NCBI GenBank assembly: GCA_020536535.1
Contig: JAHLWZ010000116.1
Span: 36,639 to 100,638, forward strand
Reading direction: 5' to 3'
Source: Pelomyxa schiedti
Lineage: Eukaryota > Protista > Evosea
DNA length: 64,000 nucleotides
Of this stretch, positions 53,442 through 64,000 are shown in pieces. Each line of letters begins with the position of its first letter. Position 1 is the first letter of the stretch. The translations under genes were made by a program, and so were the position numbers. The notes beneath the pieces were generated by a model. The model made no database searches and was not told the DNA's origin. It saw only the letters and a program-made list of their open reading frames with translations.

Positions 53442-56400
53442 ATGGCAACGGACGTAGCTACTACACCGCCAATTGTTGAGGACGACGCGGCTCCGGACGA
53501 CGGATCTCCGTCCACACTGTACGTCCTTGGCCCGGAACCGGGGACAAGCAAGTTTATTGGCGATACGCTTGGGGTCACCGTGCTCACGCCGCTCACGACT
53601 GTGAATTTGGGCGCCGGGCCACCCGTGCCAGTTAACTTGAGTATTTTCAGCCCCAGGCATGTTTTATTGTTTTTACTTTGTGATGCAACAGCTAATTTTT
53701 TTTTGTCATCAGCACAATCCCACCAAAACTTCAAGGTTCGGTACAAGGCCCCAAAAAAGTTGTTATAGTATTATGCAGTAGCACAGACCGCGTATTCTTT
53801 GAGGGAATACCCCAGGCGCTCGAGTTGTTGTATGGCCCAACTTGGGCAAACAATCAAGAAAGCCAGCAGCCATTCCTTTTCTTTGTTGCTGGTTTTGATA
53901 TCCCCTCTAATCCTGCGATACCCAAAGTTTCATTACTTGAAACTTTTGCCATGGCCTCAATGGTATTTCCCAGGCTTTCTTATTCCCAAAAATCATTCTT
54001 TTCCTCCCCAAGGTTTGCGCTGATAAGATAGCTGGCTGGCATGCGGGCCCGAATGCATTGCAATTCCTTTTTACAGAGGCGGCGCAACATGCCAAAACTG
54101 CAGGATACAGTGCCAAAAGCGATAGAGAGCCTCCAGAGCCAACCTTAACAGAAGAGAAATTCAAGTATTCATGGAAAACAAGGGGAACCAATAATGTAAT
54201 CAGCCAAACTGAGGAGATTATTATTGACATTGGTGCCAACCCTATTCCTCCTTTTTTTCGTTCCAAGGTTTTTTCTAGGTTATTACAGCTTTATTGATCA
54301 TAAATTCTTGGCGGAGCTTATCCCCCAGCTGGACTCACTACCCTTGAAATTCACTCTGAAGAGTATTACGGCCTTTTTTTCTTTTACTGTTCTTAATTCG
54401 AGGCCAGGTTTAGTTGCCCCAGACACTGAGCTACTAGTGTCTCTCTTTAACCACAAAAAGCTATTGTCTTGCGAAATTGGCTCGTCAACAAGTGTGTTAA
54501 TCTAGAACTAAGCTTTTTTTTTTTTTACAAAATAAAATTACCAGTTTTCGAGGATGACGAGCAAAGCCTTTTAGCTAAAGCTGTCTCTGACAACCTGAGC
54601 TCTTGCTCCTCCCTGAGGAAATTATCGCTCTCAGGTGGATTTCATTCTCCCTGTAACCTTGTTCACACTTCATGAAGACTTTGTTTTGAAAGAATCTAAT
54701 GTTCAGGCCATTGCCAAATCCATTTCAGCCTTGCATAACCCGAATTTTCACTTGAGTCTTCCAAGTTTGTTCCTTCATTCCCAGTTAGTCTTCATAAACG
54801 AAAATGTTCCAGATTCTCTTGAAGTAGGGTCTGAGAAACCGATTTTTTTGATAATGAACCAACTTGCTGGGTTGGACATATCGGGTGAGTATAAGTTTCT
54901 TCTTTTTTTCCACTCACAATACCAGGAAATACTGTGTGTGAGGAATCTCTTTTTAATGACTTTACCCAAGCATTAGAAAACACCTTCACACTCAGAAAGT
55001 TACAGATAAATTGTGCCCCTCTTCTTTCCTTAGCACATTAACATACTTTCAAGGGGATTACGTTGACGAGGTGGGAGGAAAATTGTATGCAGCCCTGAAA
55101 GCCAACAGGAGCGTGGAAAAACTGACTATCATATACGACTCATTTTGCCATATCCATGATCCAAACAAATGGAGAGGTATTTTTGTAGTTTTGAAAAATA
55201 TTAATTTTTTTTTAGAGATTTTCGCACCCAACCCCAAAAACTACAACCAAACCCTGAGATATATCGGCATTCCAATTTGTATGCAGATACTTCCCCCCTT
55301 CTTTTCTTATTTCAACAGTGAAGTACTATAACCCCGGCAACCTTGTGCGACAGAACATCGCCCTTTTCGACTCGATACAAACGGAATACAACCTTGGTTC
55401 GGGGCAGCAATCAAATTTTAGCAGAGCTATCTGGGACTGTGTGAAGTTGGGTGATCCTACAAGGCTCTCAATTGTGTTGAACAGGGCTCAAAAATACCTG
55501 CCTTCATGGGTAAACCAAACGGAAGCTGCCGTTGCAGACGACGAAATTTTTAAAATTGCTGCTGGCATGGGAATGGCTGGACGTGCAATGGAAGTCTTTA
55601 ATAAAACCGATACTGATAGGAAAGAACTTACATTCACTCCGGCCACCAAGGAAGCTGCTGTGATAGAAGACGAAGAGGCATGCCTGTCGATTCTTCATAC
55701 AGCACACCGAGCTGCCTCGTCCAGAAATGTTTTTGGAGAACTTGTGAAGACACTTATCCTCAAAAAAGGAATCAATGTACGAGGAATGGCACCAATTGCT
55801 GTTAGGGAACTACTCCAACTGCTGTTGGTCTCCAGAGAAGGCATAGCCTTCCGTCAGGTTATTGCCTTAACAGTGAGAATATGGATTCAAGCACACAACT
55901 GGGATGCTGTGAAGGAAGTTGGACTTGCAGGAGCACTCTGTGATCAGTTTTTGGACCTATCGTTCCTTTGTTTGGAGTTGGTTCCACCTGCTCTTCAGTA
56001 CCTTTCCACCTGCAAAGCCTTGGACTTGTCTTTCAACCAGCTTGAGGTACTTCCACAGTGGTTGCATGTTATGAAGAATGTGCACTTGACTGGAAACACT
56101 CTAGCAATTACGGCGAGATATAAGGGTGCGTCATGGGATGAACTCAGAAATCTAGTGAAGTACAGCGGTGATGCAGTGGAGTGGAAGAGTCACAAGATTC
56201 TGCTAGTTGGCGATGGTGCAGTCGGGAAAACGACTTTGCTGAGGTGCATCATGGATCACAAGAACACCACCAACGTCAGAGAAAACACTGCTACAGACGG
56301 CGTTGCTGTTCACACTGCATTCAAGTTGAAAAAGGACAGTGAACACACATGGGTTGCCTGGGATTTGGGTGTGCCACTTTCTTTTTTCTTTTCACTGTTA

Positions 56401-59400
56401 ATTTTAATTTGTGGAAAAAAAGGTGGCCAGGAGGTGCTTTACCCGTCACATCAGTTCTTCCTCTGCAGCAACTCCATCTTCTTGTTACTTTTTGACTTGT
56501 CTCTCCCGTTGAAACCTAACACAGTCCCGCCTAAAGTCGCATATTGGCTGGAACAGGTTACTACATCGTTTACTCAAGCTACTCAGTACAGACCAGATTC
56601 TGGTGGCAGTGGTGGCGAGCCGGAGACACCAACTGTGGTGCTAATTGGAACCCATCTCGATGCTCTACCAAATAGGAAAGATGCCGTAGCAATATTGAAC
56701 ACTATCAATGCCGCCAACAAGAAGACACACCCGTTTGCTGGTGTCTTTGCTGTGGGTGTTGGAACCGGAGAGGGGATGGAACTCAAGTCCGTACCAGGCA
56801 GCGCACCTGAGGCTATTTTTGTTCCAAAGCAGTGTGTTGACTCCATTGTCACCCTCCTGGATAATCTCGGGCTCCGCCAAGTAATCCGAGTTTCACCCAA
56901 GTGGATATCCTTGCACAACCAGCTTGCTGCCTCCAAAGCAGACACCCTTCAATGGTCAGAATTTGTGGAGATTGCGGGCACTTGTGGTATCGGAAAGACC
57001 CTTGATGACGTTCAGCAAGTTGAACTCACGTTGTGTTCCGATTTCCTGTTAGATGCAGGCAGTATCATACACTTCAGGCACCAACCTCAACACCAGGCCA
57101 CAACAACCGCTACTTCCAACGAAAACTCAAGCGCATCGGCAGTACCTTCAACCTCGCGTTTTGGTGGGCTGTTCAAGACTACAAGTCGTAAAAGATACAG
57201 CAAGTCACTTGAAGACTTGGTTGTGCTGAAACCAATGTTCCTATCCAAGGTGATGACTTCCCTTCTCTCCATCTCGGGACAGTCACGTTGGGCTGTCAAA
57301 GGATTCATAGAGCTGAAGAAAATACCACAGGCCTTTGCCAAGTTCCCATCAGATATGCATCTAACTATGATCGAACTGCTGACGAAGTTTGAGATCATAA
57401 CCAAAATGGGTGATGGACGCCTCCTTGTTCCTTCTCTTCTACCAGAAAATGGCCCCTTCTCACCCATTCCTGAAGGAGTTGAGGAAGTGGTAGCTTTCTG
57501 GGCACCTCCAAAAAGTCACCGAACTAAAATGGTGATGAGTGGAAGGTCGATCAGGTTCAAATTTCTACCAATTGGATTCTTCCCAAGGTTGATGGTGATG
57601 GTACTTGGAATATCAGGCATTGTGCCTGTTTTGTTGTGGAAAGATGGGTTGCTAATTGAGAATACAAGTGTCAAAGAACTGGATACAGCATCTCTCATAC
57701 GACAGAAGCTTATGATGACGCACCAGCCCGAAGCAAATGCATTCAGCATTAACATTTGCATGCAAACAACAATAAGCAACCTTGCAGACGATGACTCCGC
57801 AACATCGCGCCCCGCCACCTCAACAACGAGCAGCAGCAGAGAAGAAACCCCAATCTGGAAAAAGAAGAGCCTGATAATACAAATCATGACATTGATGAAC
57901 CAGTTCCTGAAATCCTTTTATAACAATCTTATTTCCGAAATGACTGAAGTCTTCCCTTGTCCTCATTGTTTGATGGAGTTCTCAAAACTTACCCAAAGTA
58001 CTGCCACCACCACAAGCATAAAGGCCAGCAGCTCCGGTCATCACAAACACCATCACCACCGTTCTGCAACGCCTCCTCCGGAGGAAGTTGCCCCAGTAAC
58101 TCTACCACCCCTCACCTCTGCTTTACCCCTCAATGTGCACTACTTTACCCAAGATGAAATTTGGGGTGCAACAAAAGCCGGGAACAAGAACTTACCATGT
58201 GGAATCAATAAAACAACGGCATCATCGAGTGCCACAGGTGCTCTTGTGGACCTAAACGAAATTGCGCCTGACATCACACTTGAACACTTGCCTGTGATTG
58301 ATGTAGAAGAAATTCATTTCCATTCCCAACAACCAGTGGGAAAAGGTGGGTTTGGCCAAGTTATGAGGGGAGAGTGGAGGGGTGAAGCAGTGGCTGTGAA
58401 ACAGCCAAATGAAATCACACGCACCTCCATTTCTGAATTCATCTTTGAGACGACGCTTCTGAATGCCGTGTCTTCACATGATAATGTCGTGAAGTTCCAT
58501 GGTGCAGTACTGCACCCGCATCTGTGGTTGGTGATGGAGTTTGTTCTTCCCATTGTCCCACCAAGCATCGGTAAAATTCTTGGGCCAGATGTAACAATCA
58601 AGAAGCCTGACCTTGGAGATCTGGTCCAGATATGCCTTGACAAAGGTGATGGCACCACCCGAATTATGGACCAAGTCCTTCCAATGAGTATGAGGCAGAA
58701 GATCTTGAAAGATGTTGCACGTGGCTTGGAATATTTGCACACGCATACACCTCCCATTGTTCACGGTGACTTGCACTCTGGTAAGGACTACTACAAATAC
58801 TAAGTTGTTAACATAACAACTTCACAGGGAACATTTTTATTTCCTCATTGATTGAAGAGGCCGGCCCTTGGGCAAAGGTTCCGCTTTTCTCTTTATCTTC
58901 TAAGTCTGAACGACTCCAGATTGCCGATTTTGGGCTATCCCAAGTTCTATACTCCGGAGTTATCAAATCCGGCAGTGCCTTGAACAACATTGAAGTTTAT
59001 GCCCCAGAGGCCCTAGCCGGAGGCAAATACGACACAAAAGCTGACATTTGGAGTTTTGGTAATTCCCCACAATCACGAACTACATACACTACCACTAACT
59101 CCAATTTAAAAAGCAATGGCAATACATCACCTTGTGTACCCACTCGTATCGCCGTACGCGGAGCTGGAGACCAACCCGGACTTTGCCCGAATCAAGTCCG
59201 GCAAGGCAGAGCTCAAGAAGCCGATCATCTGCCAAGCACTGATGAAAGGCTCAGTGCTCCCGACTCTGGGAAACCATCCCGGGCCAACACCCGAGCAGCC
59301 GGCTATACCCGCATGGGCAACCAAGATGATGAAAGCATGCTGGGTGACTGACCCTGCCTCAAGGCCCACCATCGTTGACTTACTTGCCGTTGATGGATTC

Positions 59401-59403
59401 TGA
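53442..59403 (+). CDS. Roco family protein: N-terminal pseudoGTPase-like domain, LRR, Roc, COR, TKL kinase
   Basis: Roc KILLVGDGAVGKTT, ATDGV, WDLG|GQE, LIGTHLD; COR (LVVLKPMFL, FLPIGFFPRLM); kinase GKGGFGQV, VAVK, HGDLHSGN, IADFG, APE, DIWSF. Confidence 0.93.
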
Positions 59404-59538
59404 TTGATTCAGAATATTTTTACCACAGAACAAAGAAACAAAAAAAAAAAGCAGTCGCAGGGAAATAAAACGACACAATTGGAACTAATATCTAATACCA
59501 ATTAAATTGGTAAAATCTTATTTATTTTGCTCTTGAAA

Positions 59539-60832
59539 TTATATTCGTGAATATTGGTATCCTTGTTTATGGCTTGGCCAAGACCCGGCATCGCTTTTTT
59601 CATCCAGCATAACCTACAAGGAAGCTCCAAGTCAATTTTATATATTATTGGCAAAAGCATATTATATTCTGGGGTTAAAACAACCAGTTGGTTAGTCATA
59701 ATCTGTGCAGAGGCCAGAGTTTGTTCCTCATCGCAAAGGTGCCTCTGCCAAGCACCACCAAAGTAGTCCCACACATGGACGTTGTCTGGCTCCAATCCCA
59801 TTCTCTCACACATTGTTTTCTGGTGTGAGTGAATTGATAGTGGTGTGAGTTAAAAATGTGTTTCTGCTTGAAAATGAAAATATACCTTAAGATTCCCTAC
59901 AGTATCCATTTTACTGAATTGCGCCACCATTTTATCCTCATCATCAGATGATTTAACAATGCCCAGTGTCAGTGGCCTCACCTCCACTGAGAGAGAATCA
60001 TCTTCATACGGGCCAGGGGTGGAAATCACAGCACGAGGGATGTCAGGCCCTCCAGAATACCATCCCTTCAGTGTTTTCCACACAATTCCATTGATCAGCT
60101 CATAATCTGTGCGCTCAGTAGCGAACCGGTTAAGGTCCCCATTTTGCTCAATTAACACAGCGTTATCAATTGGGCCTGGTTTGCCCTCCTGATGAGGTGT
60201 CATCAACAACGATGAAGAAATAATAGGAAGGCAAAGGTACATACAAATTCCGAGTAAGAGGGACGCTGCTGGTACCTCACATAGCGCTTCCAGTGATTGA
60301 ACCACGTGCATGAGATGAGGAACCACACCTCCCCTGCTTTCATTGGATGAGTCTCAATCAGCGCTTCAACGACATCACGTTCCGCCTCGGGAGCGGAAGC
60401 TTGCTGGTGAATTGTAAGGTTGGTGGTACGCAAAAGTTGATTCGACCCAGGCACTGCCGCTGCGCCGTCTACCGCCGCCGATTGTGGGTGTGAGGGGGGC
60501 GCCAGCGGCGGCGGCAGGTTCCCATTCAGTTCCCATGTCGTTGACCCACCACAGACGCAGCACCGCGTCCTAGTCGTCGTAGTAGTAGTTGTAGATGTTC
60601 CTGTTCCTGTCTCGGATGACGATGGTGGGGGTTGCTGTGGGGACGTAGTTGGGGTGGTGGGGGTGGTTTGCGGCATGACGCATTGCAAGCAAAGAGGGTG
60701 GCCGCACGCAGCCACGGCAACGGGCACACCGCCGCAGACCCGCAGTTGCGGTGGCAGGGATGGTGTGTCGCCGCGAGCCGACGACCCCTTGAATTCTTGG
60801 GGGGGCGGTGTGGTGACAACCGCAGACGACAT
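59539..60832 (-). CDS. RING-like finger + DUSP + UBL protein with no USP catalytic domain
   Basis: VC...CGHPLCLQC...CCVC; GEVWFLISCTWFNHWKRYV, PGPIDNAVL, WKTLKGWYSGGPDIPR, FSKMDTV, WDYF, TLASAQI, EKSDAGSWP, then a stop 11 codons later. Confidence 0.85.
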
Positions 60833-60960
60833 CGGTTTGATTTGGATTTTTCTCTTGATGGACGCGAATCAACACCCGCCGAAAACCTCTTCGACAACAA
60901 CAAAACAAGCCATCAAATTACAAGCAAGTAGGGGATCTCTTACGTTCGGTTTGGTAGCGC

Positions 60961-63140
60961 ATGACATCGACTACGTCCACAACGACCCAATACACCACCG
61001 CTGTGGATCGGGCGACGGACGACGAGAACGCGGCGGCCAAGTGCTACGTGGTGGCACCCTCCCGCGACGTGGTGGACCGCCTCGTACGCGCAGCCCTCGC
61101 CGAGGGGGAGGGGGAGGGGGAGGAGGACGCTGCAGCGACTCGTCGGGGTGGTCGTGGTCACCGCATCCACCTCCGCAGCCTCCTGCTCCCTTCCCGCGGG
61201 AAAGGGGTCGGGGCGGGTACGGGGACGGGGACGGGGACGGGTAAGGGGACGGGTAAGGGGGGGAAAAGTGCCGAGGGGGAAGTGGTGCCACTGGGGGCGC
61301 ACAAGTCCATAGAATTGATTTATGTGGACAGGTGTGTGCCTGGGGCTGGTAGTCCTACGTTTTATAGTTGTTGTTTTTTTTATCTATATTTTCAAAAAAA
61401 ATCAAAGACATGTGATTAAAGAATTTTTAGGCCTCAAGAGTTCCGAGGATGTGCACAGGGAGCAATGAAAGTTGTCCTTGTTGTTTGCACTCCAACTGCG
61501 CGTGTATTCTTCAATGCAATTCCAGACACTTTGGAGTTACTTTATGGGGATTCGTGGGCAAAAAACAAGGCAACACAGCAGCCATTCCTGTTTTTTGTTG
61601 CTGGTTTCGATCCCGACCGTGCTGCTTCCCGTTCCCCTGCTTTCCATGCACCAGTTGGGTTGCTTGAGTGTTTTGCCATGGCTTCAATGGTATATTCTCC
61701 AATTGCAACAATACTCACACCACACTTTCTTTTACATTTCTGATAATTTTTAACTTTTAGTTTTGCGCTGATAAAATCACAGAGTGTACAAGCGCAAAAA
61801 TACCCCCAGACGTACTGAGGGAGGCACATGAAGGTGCCAAAATCGGAGGTTTCAACACAAAAACGCAGTTTGAGCCTAACCAAGGTTGGATCCCCGAATG
61901 ACACCATTCATTAAGAAAAAGAAAGGTGCAAATACAGCAGCAACTGGGCCAGAAAGTTTTCGATATTCGTGGACAACAAGGGACAGCAAAAATATCATCA
62001 GCAGGGCAAAGGATGAAATCATCATTGACATTGGTTTGTTGTCCTTATTGCAAAAAAAAAAAAAAACAAAAACACTTCTCTTCTCAAATCTAAAATTTGA
62101 GATCAAGGTTACTACAGCTTCAGTGACTACAAGGTCCTGACCAAGATTTTGTTTGACAAAAGAGACATCTGCTCAAAGTTTTCTTTGAAAAGTTTGTGAC
62201 CAACCCATCTATTTCCCACACAAAAAATTGAAACAGTCAGTTCACATTTTCCTCTTCTGCTTACTTTGTGAAATGTTGAAAGGTTTGACTGTGGCTGACA
62301 GTGAGTTGCTCTCCTCCGTTTTTCAATGCACCAAACTCCGGTATTGCTCAATCGGGTCTTCAATCAGTAGCATCCCCCATGATTTTTCAAAACATTCGAG
62401 CCAACCCAATTGATTGTTTGTGTTTGACAGGTTTCAATCGACCGGAACAAGAAAAATTGGAAGAGGCAATATCAACACACCTGAGTTCTTGCACTTCCTT
62501 GAAAACACTGTCTCTCTCTGGTTTGTTCCTTTTTCCTTTTTCCTTTTTCCTTTTTCCTTTTTCCTTTTTCCTTTTTCCTTTTTCCTTTTTCCTTTTTCCT
62601 TTTTCCTTTTTCCTTTTTCCTTTTCAAGTGTGATGGCTAACTAAAATTTATGGTGGCAGACTTTGTGCTCTCCGAGAGTGCTGTTATAGCCGTTGTCAAA
62701 GCTGTTCAATCTTTCCAGAGGAATGACTTCAGTTTGAGTCTCCAGAGTGCGTTCTCTCTCTCCCTGCCCCCAAGTCTCACTGTGTACTGCAGATTCACTG
62801 ACTCAAGGAAGTGAGAAGTGCCTTTTTGGGCTCATGAATCAACTCTCATCACTCGACATTTCCAGTTGCACTTTCTCTTCTCTCCCCATACTTTAAATTG
62901 ATTTCTTCCTTATTCTCAAAAAGGAAACGCAAAATGTGAGGATAAGGACTTCGAAAAATTTGTGGCACTCTTGGGAACAAACTTCAGCATCAAAGAACTC
63001 CAACTTCATTGTATCTATATCCCTTTTCCCTTTTCCCTTTTCCCTTTTCCCTTTTCTCTTTCTCCTCCCCCACTCACTCACACTGGAAATAAAAAGGGAG
63101 TTGGATCGATGCCACCGTTTTTGCGGCTTTGAAACGAAAC
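60961..63140 (+). CDS. Diverged paralogue of the Roco N-terminal region; truncated by assembly gap
   Basis: Shares RVFF-x2-IP-x2-LELLYG-x2-WA-x-N...QQPFLFFVAGFD...LLE-x-FAMASM, F-x-YSW-x-TR, EIIIDI and LSSC-x-SL-x2-LSLS, plus several intron positions, with 53442-55000. Confidence 0.85.
62526..62625. repeat. (CCTTTTT)n minisatellite, ~14 copies, intronic; related (CCCTTTT)5 at 63021-63055
   Basis: Direct reading of the sequence. Confidence 0.97.
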
Positions 63141-63240
63141 NNNNNNNNNNNNNNNNNNNNNNNNNNNNNNNNNNNNNNNNNNNNNNNNNNNNNNNNNNNN
63201 NNNNNNNNNNNNNNNNNNNNNNNNNNNNNNNNNNNNNNNN
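63141..63240. other. Assembly gap (100 N)
   Basis: Run of N. Confidence 1.
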
Positions 63241-64000
63241 AATCACAGCACGAGGGATGTCAGGCCCTCCAGAATACCATCCCTTCAGTGTTTTCCACAC
63301 AATTCCATTGATCAGCTCATAATCTGTGCGCTCAGTAGCGAACCGGTTAAGGTCCCCATTTCGCTCAATTAACACAGCGTTATCAATTGGGCCTGGTTTG
63401 CCCTCCTGATGAGGTGTCATCAACAACGATGAAGAAATAACAGGAAGGCAAAGGTACATACAAATTCCGAGTAAGAGGGACGCTGCTGGTACCTCACATA
63501 GCGCTTCCAGTGATTGAACCATCTGCATGAGATGAGGAACCATACCTCCCCTGCTTTCATTGGATGAGTCTCAATCAGCGCTTCAACGACATCACGCTCC
63601 GCCTCGGGAGCGGAAGGTTGCTGGTGAATTGTAAGGTTGGTGGTACGCAAAAGTTGATTCGACCCAGCCGTGCCGTGCCCATCAGGAGACATTGTCGTCG
63701 ACGATGCCGACGATGTGGTCGATGTGGTGGTGGTGGTGGTTTGCGGCACCGCCGCTGCTGCGCCGTCTACCGCCGCCGATTGTGGGTGTGAGGGGGGCGC
63801 CAGCGGCGGCGGTAGGTTCCCATTCAGTTCCCATGTCGTTGACCCACCACAGACGCAGCACCGCGTCCTAGTCGTCGTCGTCGTCGTAGTAGTAGTTGTA
63901 GATGTTCCTGTTCCTGTCTCGGATGACGATGGTGGGGGTTGCTGTGGGGACGTAGTTGGGGTGGTGGGGGTGGTTTGCGGCATGACGCATTGCAAGCAAA
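63241..64000 (-). CDS. Second, near-identical copy of the RING-like/DUSP gene (partial)
   Basis: Aligns to 60024-60693 with about ten substitutions and in-frame 81-nt and 9-nt insertions. Confidence 0.88.

Noticed and set aside
61761-61930. Apparent premature stop or frameshift in Roco-2
   Set aside because: Resolved by a typical 41-nt intron at 61885-61925.
62893-63543. ORFs spanning the N run
   Set aside because: Artefacts of translating across the gap.

Overview
Gene-dense eukaryotic (protist) DNA with about 26 protein-coding genes. Most are split by many very short (mostly ~38-55 nt) GT-AG introns, intergenic gaps are ~60-500 bp, and there are 8 head-to-head pairs. The Roco kinases, PINK1-like kinase domain, intron-poor ankyrin-like gene and prokaryote-type nitroreductase suggest an amoebozoan, plausibly an anaerobic archamoeba such as Pelomyxa (inference). 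The left ~45 kb is mostly housekeeping genes: RalGAP-beta, MRH lectin, BSD, nitroreductase, Mot1/BTAF1, GH84, mitochondrial-type aspartate aminotransferase, ATE1, Med10, archaemetzincin, Ran, API5, YTH, NudC-like, U1-70K and EMC7. The right ~18 kb is a signalling/ubiquitin cluster: SAM, NHL, U-box-TPR, LRR-PINK1-like pseudokinase, Roco kinase, RING-like-DUSP-UBL, then a second Roco/DUSP pair across an assembly gap. Main observations: (1) ATE1 contains an inserted domain resembling the tRNA-binding N-terminal (Add1) domain of arginyl-tRNA synthetase; (2) both Roco genes begin with a degenerate Rac/Rho-like pseudoGTPase in addition to Roc; (3) a ~68-bp micro-inversion flips the beta1/P-loop start and first intron of Ran; (4) an LRR-PINK1-like pseudokinase has one LRR per exon; (5) a DUSP-UBL module lacks the deubiquitinase catalytic domain and is fused to a RING-like finger. 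All gene models were assembled by eye and no searches were run. No supportable tRNA, rRNA, CRISPR array or transposase was found.
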